Positions 23,466 to 36,109 of a stretch of 64,000 nucleotides of DNA are shown here, in pieces (within the stretch, counting starts at the first letter, position 1; the number at the start of each line of letters is the position of its first letter). Location: contig CAJINV010000003.1 of NCBI GenBank assembly GCA_905178155.1, positions 10,051,979 through 10,115,978 of the forward strand. Reading direction: 5' to 3'. The notes below the pieces were generated by a model. It had not been told where the DNA came from and made no database searches. It saw only the letters and a list, made by a program, of their open reading frames with translations. This DNA comes from Amoebophrya sp. A120 (Eukaryota > Protista > Dinoflagellata). The position numbers were made by a program, and so were the translations under genes.

Positions 23466-24110
23466 CTATTTGCAGGAGATAACTTTTGGGGCGGACTTAG
23501 TGCGCGACGAGCCCTTGCTACGGAGGTCGTCTACGACTGCTGGTGGTGCGGCCGAGTTTTCAGCTCTGAGCCCTGCGGCTCTTGCGTTCAGTCTCAGTGC
23601 CGGCGGGCGTGCAACGCCGACTGCAGCGCAGCCAGCCTTATCGCGGAGGGGCGCCACTAGAACCTTCTCTCTCTCCAAGTTCGGATACAGTTCCAGGAGG
23701 GGAGTGGCCACTTCAAAAGACGTGGCGCGTAAAACGAGAGCGCGAACTGTGGGAGAGTCGGACGATGACGATGAGGAGATCACAACGACTGGCGGAGCCA
23801 CCACCGAGGAGCAGGAGGGAGCCTCTAGCACTGCCTCCAGTCCGAGCATGGCTGCCGGAGCGGGGGCGTCTGTTAAAGGTACCTCCCTTGTCCGGCGAAG
23901 AGCGCTGCTATGTGGGCAAAACGCCCTTTGTCCAGTCGCAGCCGAGGACGTGTGCCGCGGCGCGACGCGTTCCAAGCTCGGTAGACGGGGTGGTGCTACA
24001 GGAGCGTGCGACCCACTTTCACAACAATCGCCGGATCCTGATGAGTCGCAGAGTCCGGCAAGTACACCGGACGAGGATGTGGAGTATATCTTGTGTAAAA
24101 ACGCTCTCAC
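23466..24110 (-). CDS. Hypothetical low-complexity coding segment (possible exon of a minus-strand gene)
   Basis: 214-codon ORF in non-repetitive sequence with no recognisable motif. Overlapping + ORFs are of similar length, so the strand is uncertain. Confidence 0.2.
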   Translation of the reverse strand: MRAFLHKIYSTSSSGVLAGLCDSSGSGDCCESGSHAPVAPPRLPSLERVAPRHTSSAATGQRAFCPHSSALRRTREVPLTDAPAPAAMLGLEAVLEAPSCSSVVAPPVVVISSSSSSDSPTVRALVLRATSFEVATPLLELYPNLEREKVLVAPLRDKAGCAAVGVARPPALRLNARAAGLRAENSAAPPAVVDDLRSKGSSRTKSAPKVISCK

Positions 24111-24369
24111 GCCATTTCGGTAAAAACAGAATGCACAGTAACCATCTGCGGCTCATATGTGGCGATGCCTATCGCGCATTTTTGGAATTAGAAAAAGGAA
24201 ACCTTGAAGCGCTCTAGTCTGTTTGGCTTTGTTTTTCAAAGAGGAAAACATACAGCACATAATCAGTTCCTGGCTCGCCAGATAGTTTGAAGAAGCTTGC
24301 GCTTGCCTTGTTTTTCAAAGAGTTGCGAGAGGACCCCATCGAGTGCCGCTTCTTTATAGTTTCCACAAT

Positions 24370-24760
24370 TTTGTAGACGGCAAAAATGACGCCCTTCTCG
24401 GGCGCTCGCTTTTCAGGCTCGTGCGATTTGAGGCGCCCAAAAAGGCGCCCAAAGAAGCCGCGCGCAAAATGAAGGCAGTCGGCCGGCACGGTACGGCCGC
24501 GATGCCCGGGCCTTTTGGGCGATCGCGAAAGCGGCCGCCCTTTAGCAATATTCCAAACCTGGGCAGCATCGTGAAGGCGTCGCGCCCCATAGAGTGCGAC
24601 GCAAGAAAGCGCACGGGCCCGGCCCGCGTGCTATGCTTGGCCCGATTCTACTCCTGCCGTGGCCGCTGCCGTCTGGGGGGCGACCGGACCGGGCCCGTGC
24701 CGTCGGGGCGGGCTTGCGGTTTGGGGCTTCCTAATGCTGCCAGGGATCCTGGTGGCCATG
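24370..24760 (+). mobile_element. Degenerate internal fragment of the subTIR/hairpin family
   Basis: Shares ggcgcccaaaaaggcgccc, cacggtacggccgcgat, gcgatcgcgaaagcggc and gctatgcttggcccgatt blocks with copy A. Termini not found. Confidence 0.55.
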
Positions 24761-26348
24761 GGCCGCCACCCCGCTCGGCCTAGCTAGCAAGTTGGCAATG
24801 TGATCGGCGGGGGCGCGAGGGACCCGGGAAGATTGGGGGCGCAGCAAAGGCCGCGACGGCCCTCGCTGCGCCCCCCCCCTGGCGCGCTCCCCCGCCGCCC
24901 TCCTGTTCTGCTTATTGCCATTTCACGGCAAAGGCAAAACGGCCACGGCGCCGCTAAAGAATCGCCACGGCGCTTGCTGAGCGTCCGGCGCTTCGCCACT
25001 TAGTTGCGGGAGGCCGGCCGGGCGCGGCGTTTTGCAATGAATCCGGCCCCCCATCGCGAGGAAGGCAAGACGGTTGAGACTACCCCTCTACCGCAGCCCC
25101 GGCAGCGAGCTATGTTTGGCGGCGTGTGATATTTATGAGATCTAGAAGGAACGGGCGGGCGCACGGCCCAGCGCCGAGGAGGCGCAAGGGAGGGCGAGGG
25201 GGGTAGAAGTTTCCGGAGGCAGGCGCCCCACGTCTTTTTATGCCCGCACTACCCAGTTTAGCGCCACAGCCGTAAAACAGAAACAACACACCGCCCGGGC
25301 GGGCGCATGCGGGGTGGGCGCAAGGCCAGCGGTAATCTACAGTCCGGGCGCGGACCCGGTCCGAGCCCGGACAAAAAGGGCCGGCGGCAAGCGTTTGCAG
25401 AACTGTGTCGAGGGCCCGGGTGGGAGGCTAGTCTCAGAAGACAGAACGAGAAAAGCGCGCCAAAGAAAGGCCGCGACGCTCGAGGCACGGCAGGCGCCTG
25501 GCAAGAAGCACAGGAAGGAGGCCGGCGGAAAGGCAGGCGCCCGAGGCGCGCAGGGTGTTGCATTCTAGAAAGAAATAGAAGCCAGAAGCCCCAAAACCAA
25601 AGAAGGCAGGCGCAAGGTAGAAGGCCACGGCGCTGGGTTGCCGGCAAGGCAAGAGACGCGCGAAAGCGCCCGGGCAGGGCCTGCGAACGAGTGGCACACC
25701 GAGCGCCCCGGCAATACCCAAGAGGGGAAGCAAAAGCAGGGCGCCTCCAGGGGGCGAGGGGGGCACGGCGGAAGCGCTTTCGCGGCCGCTCGATCTAATA
25801 AAGTGGCTCGCAAGAATGAAAATGGGAAGGAATAGAAGTGCTTCGTAGTTCGGTAGTTCCGCCTTCGCAGTGCGACGATGCATGGTTCCCGAGGCAATCG
25901 CTCATACTTGTCCTGCGAAATTTGATGTCCTGCTAGGCCAAGGCCCAGGACTAGGCCTAATAACAGCCCGTCGCGCCGTCCCTATTTAGAAAGAAAGGTA
26001 GATATGCTACACGTAATTAAAGGGAGAAGCCTCACCTTGACTACGCTTGTGCGTGGGACCTGTTTTTTCACCGGATGCTGTCAGGTTTGGATTTGCCCGA
26101 TGTGGTGGCGAAGGTTGTAAGCGCCGCGGTCGGATTTTATACGAGCAGCTTCATGAGCTCCGACTTCGTGACTACGAAAGAGTGGGAGCGGCACTTTCAG
26201 GGTGGCCCCGAGCAGTCTTTCCACCTTGATCGCGACACGTCCACACTCGAAGCGTCGCCTACACGACGGACGATCTCGACCGCAACGGGTGCAACGACGC
26301 TGCTCAACACGACATGTCCGGACCCGGGCAGACCGCTCCGTATCATGA

Positions 26349-26750
26349 GTGACCATCACCCCACCTCATAGTCAATGCAAGGCTTGTTTAGCATGCTCTG
26401 CGCGCACAAGTGCCACATACATAGAACGTGACTCTACGCAGATTGGAAGCCTGCGCAGGGGCGCACGTGTGTGGCTGATTGATATGGCACACAAAAAGAG
26501 AATTCCCCGGAGCGCAATGTCGCGCAGAGGTCATGCCGCGCCGTCTTGCAGCAGAGGAGACGCTCGGTCTTCTTTTGAGCATCGGGAAGGCAGACTTTTT
26601 CTCGCAACATCACTCCTCCGGGGAGTATCGTCAGACGGTCGGGGTCCGACTGCTATCAATACGAAAAGCGCCCCTATCCCTGAGTGGGAAAATGCTCCTT
26701 CTAGGCTTGGGAGTTTCGCTTATGGAAACATTTGCCGGCCTAAGATATAG
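26349..26750 (+). pseudogene. Possible tyrosine-recombinase C-terminal remnant
   Basis: GSLRRGARVWL...(~26 aa)...RRGH resembles the box B/C motifs of DIRS/Crypton YRs. No catalytic Tyr in frame. Confidence 0.2.
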
Positions 26751-27043
26751 ACAGTTCACCAGTCACCCCGCGCCCTCGGCGAAGGCCGCCGGGGTGGGGG
26801 CTCCTGTTGGGAGGTGTTCCGGAGGGGAAGGTGGAGCCACTGTTTGCGGCCGGCCTGCTCGCAGAATGTCCCTAGGCGACTCCCTTCCTTGTACAGTTTC
26901 GCGCTGTGTTTTACAACAGGCGACACAGGGGCACGCACCAGTTGGCGCGCGGCAGCGTGCCACGCTCTCCTAGGCCCGAACCAAGAGGCCTACTGTCGTA
27001 TATCATGTGAGTGCAAACAGAACCCGGTGAGGTTCTGTTCATA

Positions 27044-27800
27044 TGTAGTGAGGTCGCCGAACGGTTCGAGCCGGGCAGTTTTCTTGACACTGAGACAGCA
27101 AAACAGCCGGCACTTTGTGGCGCTGTTTTGCGTTTTTTTACTTCAAAAGAAAAACAAGCGCGTCAGCCTGTTTGGTTTATTTGTTGGCGCAGAATTCCGG
27201 CGGGCCGCTATCGTTCCCCGATTGTTGCAAGGACGATAGCGGGCCAGCAGAGACGGCGCCCTTCGGAGGCGCCCACCGCCCCGTGTTATGGCGGTTCGGG
27301 CCGTCCAAGCAAAGGGGGCCCAACAAAACCGCGCACAAGAAAAGGAGAGTGCGGCCGCATGGCACGGCCGCGATTTCGGAACGTTGTCGGCGATCGCGAA
27401 AGCGACAGCCCTTTCGCCAGTGTCCTTTGCTGGGAAGCCTCTGCAAAGGTGTGGCCGTGAAGAGCGGAAATATGAAAAAGAAAGAGCGCGCCAGAACCAT
27501 GACGCCAAACCCCTCCGATGTTACGGGCCCGACTTCTTCCCGCTTCTGGGCCCCGCCCCGGGGCACCCGGACCGGCCCCATACCATCGGGGCTAGCCCCC
27601 GAGGGGAAATTCTGTAAATTTGCCAAAATCAAATCTGCGAAAGGCTTCAAGTGGCCGGCATTCCGTGTGGTGCAACGCTACCCTCGGAGGCGCGGCGGGC
27701 CCGCGAAAAGCAGGAGCGCGGCTGACCCGCGGGCAGGGCGAAGGCAGGAAGGCAGCAAAAGGCCAAAGGCCGCACCACCCCCGTCCCGGTGCCTATATTT
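27044..27800 (+). mobile_element. subTIR + 3'-hairpin element family, copy B (diverged)
   Basis: CATA|TGTAGTGAGGTCGCCGAACGGTTC ... ggccgcaccacccccgtcccggtgcctatattt|GGCA, with internal blocks conserved. Confidence 0.8.
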
Positions 27801-28399
27801 GGCATTGTATTTGCAGGGGGGCGCCCGCGCACCTGCTGTGCGCGCTCGGGCGCTGCTGGATGTTGCGGCCACCATAGGCCGTTGTGTTCTTCAAGGCCGG
27901 GCGTCGCACTCACAGCGCAGGGTTGTGATAAAGCTGCGCGCGATCCTTAATTTCTGCAACATGCCATACGGAAAGAAAGTGCCCTCGAAGCGACGCGGCG
28001 GCCTGGCCATCTGCGGACAGGTTTCTTTCCAATTCGTTGCGTTCCTCGTTGCAGTCGGACCAGCAAGAAAGAAAATGTCCTTGCGGCAACTTTGCTCTAG
28101 AAACGCCGCTCGTTTTTGCGGGCCGAGGTGCACTTTTCGACATCGATAACTACTGTTGGGGCGCTTTCGCTGGAACGAATGTCCGAGCGAGCGGAGCCTG
28201 GATCACGCGAGGTGTCTCGGGAAAGCACAGGAGACGCGCCGTCGGAGACTTTTCTGGCCAAGGCCTTCGGTGGGGTTTTCAGTTTTCGGGGAGGGGGGCG
28301 ACAGGCTGCAATATCGCGCACACCTCCCAGACCCACGCCGCTTGTAGTTTTCGATGGAGCCAACAAGCGCGAACGAGATATGGTGAATAGATGACGCAC

Positions 28400-30419
28400 C
28401 TATGAAGTCACAGAATAGAATTCCGGTACCATCGGAATTACGATAGTTATCGGAAAACCACTACGATAAGACTCCCGATTGCAAGAACTAGAGCAGCGCG
28501 ATCGGCTCGCTTTGCAGCGTTTCCGGCGATTGGCGACGCTCTTGGCGTGTCGCGGAGTGCATGCAAATGAGACATTATTCGACGCGGCCGAGAAGCGCCA
28601 GTGCGTGTCTTCCACTTCCTGCAGTCAGCGGCCGCGAGAGGTCTGGACATAGCTCGAGGGGGGACGTCTTGCGCCCAGGGCGGCGCGCTGTGTTGATTCC
28701 CCCGAGCCGCCAGATCGGCTTCTGGCAGCGCGCTCCTTTAGGCAGCGAAGTTTTTCTAGCTTCTTGGCGCGCTTATCGCAGACCCCGCCCTGCGCATGTT
28801 TTGCCGGCTTTGGGTTGATCGCATTGGGGACGGGGGGGCCGTGTAGCCCAAGCGGCGTCCTGGCCGGACCTGGGGCGTGTTGTTTTCCCGCAAGCGAGGC
28901 CATGAAGCCTCACACGCCCGCGCCCTCTTCCGGGGGACAGGCAGCGCGCGCGCGATCTTTATCTCGGGCGCCGGCTGCCGTGTGGCAGCCTCTGGCGCCA
29001 GTCCCGGCCGCGAAAATCTGCAATGTCTGTCTGATTAGAAAATAAAGCGCACCGCCCCACGAAAGTTTTCAGCGCCGGCAACATGTTGCAAGCGCTTCGC
29101 GGCTGGGTCGGCGTAAGTAGTTTTCCTTCTGTCAGGAAAGCCGGGGCGCCCTGCTGATTCATTGTGCCTATTTGTATTTCCAGCAGTGGCCCTCCGCCCC
29201 CCTTGCCTTCGTCTGCCCCCGCAAGGAAGCAGTGCAGCCCCCGCGCCACCCCACTTTTTTTCCGTCATTTTCCGCCGGCATTAGACTCTCGTCGGCGCCT
29301 CGGCACCACGGGGGCGCCTTCTCTTTCTGCTGCCCTGGATGTGCCGCCGGCGCGCAGCGGCCCGGCCCCAATTTCCCGATTTTATCGTCGAAACAGCTCG
29401 GGCGAAGGTGTTTCGACGTCGAAACAGCTTGCGACGAGCTGTTTCGACGATAAAATCGGAAAATCAGGCCTGGTTGCCCGCCGTCCGCGCAGCTTTTTCT
29501 TTGCCTGGCCGAGTGTGATTTTTGGCCAGCCCTGCTTCCTCAGTGAATGGCGCCCCTTCGGGGGAAGATGGCCGTCGCTTTATCCAGCCTGCCCTGTGTG
29601 GCGCGCTGCGTTTGTGTTTCAGGTGCCATTCTACCCGGTTTTTTTATTTTTCTCGGATTGTTGGGCGCAAAGGCCCTGGGCCTGGGGTAGCAACCCGGCC
29701 TGCGACGGAAGTATTGGGGCGAATGGCCAATGGCCTCGCTCCGAGCGACCGACGCCCGGGCGGGCACTCGCGCCGCCGCCTTTTTTTGTTTTGCTAGCCC
29801 GCGGGGGCTTGCCGAGTAGTCCCACAGCCTGCCGGGCAGCCGTGGCCCTGCGCCCTTTCAAGGCCGTACACAATGGGCGCCCCTGGGTAGCCGGGCCGCG
29901 GGGGAGATTGATCGCCCTCGTGGCGCATTGCATGCGCCCCGCGTAAGGCATGGCACGGGCCCCACATTGATGTAGCGGCACTAGCGTTACGCACCCCTCC
30001 GCGCGCAGGGTTGTGGGGTGGTAGCGGGCCTGGCTCCGCCGCGAAGCAGTCAGCGCCCCTCATGCCGCGCAATGGCGCGTGGCCTCTTGTTGGTTCTCCG
30101 CCTTGCTCTTTTAAATCGCTTGTTGGCCGGCTTTTTGCCTGCGCCCTTTTTTTTCTTGCCTGCGGCATGGTATTGCGTTTCAAAATGCCGCAGCCGATTT
30201 ACTGCCAAGGGGGAGAGGTAGGTAAGCAAGATGGCCGAAATAAAATCGCCAACGCCCCCGCGTTGGCGAGCGGTCGTGGTTGCAGTCAAGTGCCCCGTGG
30301 CTTAGTCGCGGGGCACTGCATCGGCAGTAGATACACGGTAGCGCAACAGTTTTTCGCTTGAATTCCCGATAGCTATCGTAATCGCGATGGTACCGGAATA
30401 AATGAGTGTGACTTCATAG
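28400..30419. mobile_element. 2-kb TIR DNA element with 6-bp TSD
   Basis: ~60-bp imperfect TIR ctatgaagtcaca..attccggtaccatcg..attacgatag.tatcgg. TSD ACGCAC at 28394-28399 and 30420-30425. No transposase ORF recognised. Confidence 0.88.
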
Positions 30420-30890
30420 ACGCACCACACACAGAGAGCGGGCACTCCTGCCAATAATCCCACAGAGTGACCCCGGCAGTTTTAGAGAGATCCAAAGAGA
30501 ACGCGAAGGGGAAACATGAGGAAGGAAAGCACCTGAATGATCTCGGTACATAGTCCAGGGCCTGTGCGAGGAAGTCGCACGCTCAAGCTGGCCACAGCTC
30601 TAACTCTTCCCAGACTAGGGCACGCAGAGGCTGGCCTGAGTCAGGTGTCTCCCACAAGCAAGCCGACACGCTACTGCAATAATTGGCGTTCCAGGGCCTA
30701 AGTTGGGGGGTGATCAAGGCGATCCCTTAGGCTATTCCTAAAGTGCGCCTGAGAAGACTCACTATAAGAATCAGCCTGTGGCCTCGCCTGAAGGAAGAGC
30801 GCGCGTCTGACATTTTTTTTGCTGTTCTGACAGAATCAACCTGAGGCCTTGGCTGTTCCCTGTGTGGTTCGTCTTACATTTTTTTCGCAG

Positions 30891-31198
30891 CACACGAGAG
30901 GACGCAGTAGCAAACGCAGGCGACGAAAAGGAGGAGGATGATACCGATGAGCAAGGTCTGCGAAAAACAAGCGCGCTGGACGAAGAGGTTGGCCTCGACC
31001 TGAAGCGTGTTCCCCTGCACGGCGGGACCCAATCAACGCAAAAGCCTAGCGCCTCTCTTTCTGCGCAACTGCGGTGGTTTGTGGGTCGCTCGTCACCGCG
31101 AGAGGAAGCAAAGAAAGCCAGAACGATACCTGCTCCGGGCGGTACAAAGTTTGTAGGGAGACCGACCACGGCGTGCATTCGCCACCCTCTCGGTAGTA
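30891..31198 (+). CDS. Unknown protein, segment 5' of inserted element
   Basis: Follows the acceptor ttttttcgcag (30890). Acidic, protein-like ORF that joins in frame to 32008-32522 when 31199-32007 is removed. Confidence 0.5.
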
Positions 31199-32003
31199 TG
31201 TAGTGAGGTCACCGAACGGTTCTAACCAGGGAGTTTTTTTGACGCCTCCCGTGAAAAACGGCCGGCAGTTTTCAATCGGCCGGAAGCGTTTTTTGACATA
31301 AAAGATTTGCATTTATCAATCGGCTTTGGCTGTGTCGGCACCGAATCGCCGGCGGATTCTATCGGTCGCCGATCTAAAAAACGACGCAGAGGAGCCGGCA
31401 AAAGGGGCGCCCTTCTGAGGCGCCCAACGCACCTAATTCCGCCGATTCGGGGCGCCCAAAAAGAAGCGCCGAAAAAAAGCCAAGACTGACGACAAAAGCT
31501 GCGAATCCGCATGCTATGGCCACCATTTTTGGCCACTTTTGGAGGTCGCAAAGACGGCCACCAAAATCGGGCATTTGTAATGCGGGGAGCAATCCAAAAA
31601 GTTCGACTTTTTAACAAAAAAAAAAACAAAAAGCGGAAAGCCCGCCAAAGGCTAAGAGCTAACCCGCATGCTATGGGCCCGATTTGGGGCGCCCGGGGGG
31701 CCGGGCTTGGTGGGGGCCCTGGGGTGGCTATAGCATGCGGGAAAGCGTTTCGATTCAGTGGGCGCGGCTTTTCAACATAAACAACCAAAAGACGCAAATC
31801 CCGCCAAAAGCAGCAAGCCAGCCCGCATGTTATGGGCCCAATTTGGGGGGCCCACAGGGACAGGGTCGACCCTGGCGGAAGGCCTTGTGGGGCCATAGCG
31901 TGTGGGAAAGCGTTTCTCCTCTGAAAAGAGCAAAAAGCCCCGGCGTCGTCCATTCAAAAAAACCCCGAGTGACCTCACTACCCCCGCCGCGGCGGCTATA
32001 TTT
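31199..32003 (+). mobile_element. subTIR + 3'-hairpin element family, copy C (inside a CDS; candidate introner)
   Basis: Perfect 13-bp IR gtagtgaggtcac (31200-31212) / gtgacctcactac (31969-31981), palindrome ccgccgcggcgg, end ctatattt|GGTA. Confidence 0.88.
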
Positions 32004-32007
32004 GGTA

Positions 32008-32522
32008 CTGCGCGGGTCGTTTTCAGTAGCATTTTGGAGCACACGCCCAACATAACAGAGGCGGAGAAGAAGAAAGCCGTTGAGGTGGGAAGCAAATTTT
32101 TGCAGAAGCGCATCCGTGAGGTGGAGGATGTGAAGACTCTAGTGGCGCGGAAGCAGGCAGACGCAAACGAGCGCAACCAGCGGACCCGTGGCATGCTAGA
32201 CGCGAACTTTGACCTGTCGACATTCTTCTGGATGCGGGTACAAACTTTCTATCGCCGCCACTTGGAGCAGCGGGTGTATGAAGCGCTACAGGTTTTCGGT
32301 GGGTTTGGAGTTTTGTTCGCAGCCAAGGGCATCCTAGAGGAACGGGCGAGGCAGAGTCCAGCCGTTCTGTGGTGTCGCGCAAAGCTCGCGGATGCTGCGA
32401 GTACTATTCTGAATCCTTCCACTCTCTACGTGTCTCTGGGCATCTCTAGTGGTTATCTGCTGTACCGGGCGCGCGCCGCATTGCAGTTTCGCAACCGGCT
32501 GTCGCAGGATCCTGTCGCCTGA
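32008..32522 (+). CDS. Unknown protein, C-terminal segment (helical, hydrophobic C-terminal stretches)
   Basis: Stop-free, protein-like composition (EAEKKKAVEVGSKFLQKRIREVEDVK...; LYVSLGISSGYLLY). In frame with 30891-31198. Confidence 0.6.
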
Positions 32523-33109
32523 CAATGTCTTTTTGGTAGATTCGTGCGGTGCACAGTGCGCAAAATTCTTTAAATAACTGATCGTGTCCCACAGCCACGA
32601 CAGTACCCATCGCAATTTCGCTTGCTGCTACTTCAAATGAAAATGATTTCCACGAATATCAGCATAAGCCGCAGCGTTGACTTTTCTCGAGTTCCAAGTA
32701 CTTATTTTGCTTGATCTCGAGATGAGGGTCGGAGGTTTTTTTTATGCGTAGTTCGTTTTCTGTGTGTTCGGCGTCACCAGTCGGTCCGTTCCCGTTCGGA
32801 GTTCCTTATGTATGATGAAAGTGATGCACTAATAGGAACAATGTAAGTGGCCGTGTAGCACGAGTTCAACTTTCGCAAGACCTGAGACAACTGGAGTCCC
32901 GTGCGTCATAACATGATCTGCTACCTTGCGCAATGCCGCAGCGCTACACGCAATCCTGACGTTGTGATGAGATAAAGTTGGCGCGTTGGGGTTGGAGATT
33001 GTGATTGGGGCGTAATGTGGATGATGTTGCGAGCAGGCTTCATCGGAGTGGTGCTGGTCGTGTCGTGTTGTATTGGCCAGCACTCAATGTCAACCAGAAA
33101 AACAGCAAG

Positions 33110-33842
33110 TGATTTGTCGATGATGAAGCAAGTGGAAGAAAATCCAAAAAGAAAACAAAGAGCGCCGAAGCGGCCGCGATCGATCGCCCGGAGCGGGGTC
33201 GTGGGCACCATCACCGCCGGCACCGGGATCGCCGGAACCGCGTTCCCCGGGACCCGGAGCCGGCGCGCTTGCTTCAGGCACAATCAGGCGCCGGCAGGCT
33301 GGCAGGCGAGAATTGGCCACGATCCCCCTGCCACGCACCAGCTCGGACCGCGGCCGGGCGCCCTCAGCCTGGTAGGGCCGGGAACGGCCTGGCACGGCCT
33401 CGGCGACGGCCCGCCTGGCGTTGGCGGGCTTGGGCCGCGATCTGACGCCGACCTGGCCACGATTTGGCACCGGCTTGGCCACGAGCTCGCGGGTCTGTCT
33501 GCTGCTTCCGTTTTTCCTTCGGTCTCGGGGCCTGCTTGGTTGGTGTTTTGGGGGTGGCGGGGCGTGTTCCTCGAAGGCATGGGGCCCTCGGGGCTTTTGC
33601 AATTCGACTCTTCGCGTCGCGGCTTCGCTTGGCTGCGGCGAGGATTTGTGGCGAGGATTCGGTGCGAGGCTTCGCTTCAAGGCTCCGCTTTAAAGCGTTC
33701 CTCCAAGGCCTCGCTTGGTGGCCTCGAAGTCTCAGACAGACTTTCACTCTTCGAGTCTCACTCTTCCAAAGTGGAGCTCGCAGTTCTATTGCATGAAGCT
33801 GCAAGTAGCTTGATTCTGTTTCATGCCAAAGATGTTGCATGG
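33110..33842. repeat. Dispersed modular repeat related to 11390-11820/15190-15346 and 37430-38320
   Basis: Shares the aaaaagaaaa(a)agcgccg start and gatcgccgg repeats. ctc-rich 3' module ending in catgg. Confidence 0.4.
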
Positions 33843-36109
33843 CAATAGAGAATGGCCCGCGCGCTTTCCATTTTTCGTTCAGAAAAGCAGCAAAAAACTG
33901 AGGGACAGAAATTGATTAGAAAGTTTTCATGGGGCAGCAAGATCCAGCGTCGCTCGGAAGAGAGAGATCACAATCATAACAAGCCTCGGGGCGAGCCCTG
34001 CTGGGCTCGCCTGGGCTTGAGATTGTCGGCTGCGCCCGATAGTTTGGCGACTGGGTAAACTGCAAGGAGACCGGGAGAGGGGGCTCAGTGCCACTGGTCG
34101 GCTGGGCGCGGGGGCTCAGGGCTAGCTCCTTGGTCGGCTGGTCGCGTCACTGATTCCGGCGGACCGTTGGGGCCGCCCGGCGTTCGTTTAGGTTGTAGAC
34201 ATTTCGTCCGACCAATCCTGATTTGACTTGGTAATCTGAGTGCAATGCGTCCGATTTCAGAACAAATCTGATTTCAGTACCTGGTTGCATTTCGTAATCT
34301 GATTCCACAACTTACACAATCTGATACGACCAGCATCCGTTATTTTGTCTTTTGGAAGATGAAGATCGTGGTCTCAAGCCCTCTGTTTTGTGGATATTAT
34401 TCCAACAAATGTTTATGAACGAGTACAACTAGCACGAGCTATTTCTTCAGGACTCTTATCTCAGAAGACTGCGAATGTAGTGACTCTTTAGAAGAGGAGT
34501 CCCGAAATCCTGAATAATATCAGCGATGTAGCAGCCTTCAGAAGATCAGCCACAGTTTTCTGATGATTGTTTTGAACCAGAAAAAAGCATGGAAAGTAGC
34601 GAAGCCTTTTGCAGCACATCAAAAATTGGTCCATACAGTTTTGGTCTTCCATGTAAAAATTCGACCCTGCTTCAGAAGGTAGTAAGTTTTTTTCGCTTTT
34701 TCAAGCTCGGGCTTTCATGTTTTCCTCTTCTTTCTGCTAATCACCGAACTGAATTCGGCAAAACCTTTAGAAGGCTCATACTCTTTATCTCCTGACGAAT
34801 ACTTATTTCTTCATGTTTCTGTAAAACTCCAACTCTGCAAAGTTTTGCTTTTCCGATAGCGACACTTCACATGAATTGCGCCAGCGTTTCCACTTACGAC
34901 CAGAATGTTGTTGGAGTCTCGGTCCTCTCGGAGAAATCAACGAAGTGGTCGCGTTGACTTGGACCGTTTGGGACAGTGGTGGTGCTACTGCTACTTCCCA
35001 GGCACTTGGATATGACTTCGTCGATACGTCGCCAACAAGAACACTGACACACCGGAAGTGCCCATGCCTGCCTGTTCTTCGTTTTCTACGCTTAAGGCTT
35101 CAGGCTCAGTATCGGAGTTTTGCTCATCTTTTGTCCGTTGCGCGTCGGATGAGATGACAGTCAGAACATCTGCTCCGGCATGGGTCAACGTAGTTGTATG
35201 TACCCGTGTTCAGGTCCACCGTCCACTTTGCTGCGATACTTTTTTCTGAACTCGGATCAGTTTGATGTATCTCGAAACGCTTACAAGAGGTGATGATGTT
35301 GATTCGAAAACGGTTGCACTACGAGGCAGTAAGGGATAACTTCTTGTGGTTGAATCGGCACACAAGGCGCATTGAAGAAATTACCGTCGTCCAATGCTTG
35401 AGCGTGGGCGAAGTTGGATTGTGTCCTCAGGCACAGCAGCGCCCCGCAGCGCTTGCTGCGCAATGGCGAGCGTTGATGGTGGCCACGCCAGCGCGTCGGA
35501 GTATAATGGATCGATATCGCAAACTACGACCAGTTCCGCAGAAATATCCGCAAGCGTCTGCGCGATTGTCGGATGGGAAGGCCTTCTCGGTGCGTGATCC
35601 CATTTGTGCCGAGGCCTCTACTCGAGATCCTACCCGAAACCTATGCTCGCCTATTCTCGATCTTGGCGAGCCGACGAGTGAAACAACAACAACAACCCAA
35701 GCCAACCCATATGGAAACGTTGCTGGAGTGAAGCATTTTACGGAACTGAACAACTATCCCGCTTCCTCGTCTCTTATGCGAGCCGCCAAATCCTGTTCCT
35801 GATCCTGCTGCGACTGATCCTGTCCTGCAAATGTGATATGTTTGCCTTTTGGCTGTATCTACTTATTTGCATAGCAGGTTTGGGAAGCCCGGGAGCCGGG
35901 AGCCATGATAGCGGCGGTCCTCTAAATGTCCAGAACTCGCAGAAAGACATTGCTGATGATTCATTGACTGATCCGCAGTATTAAAGTCAGGCAGTGAATT
36001 TTTCGCGTAGATCAGGATGAGCAACAATACAACTTTTCGCTCGATTGCGTTGTTGATCCTGCCCTGCAAAAGAAGGGGATGGAGAGTTTTTCACTTCTGT
36101 CATACACAG

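Noticed and set aside
34330-35290. Possible minus-strand gene in an AT-richer region; similar fragments at 15345-15800, 21400-23400, 44880-45730, 60636-60923
   Set aside because: Only short frames with no recognisable motifs or consistent splice model.
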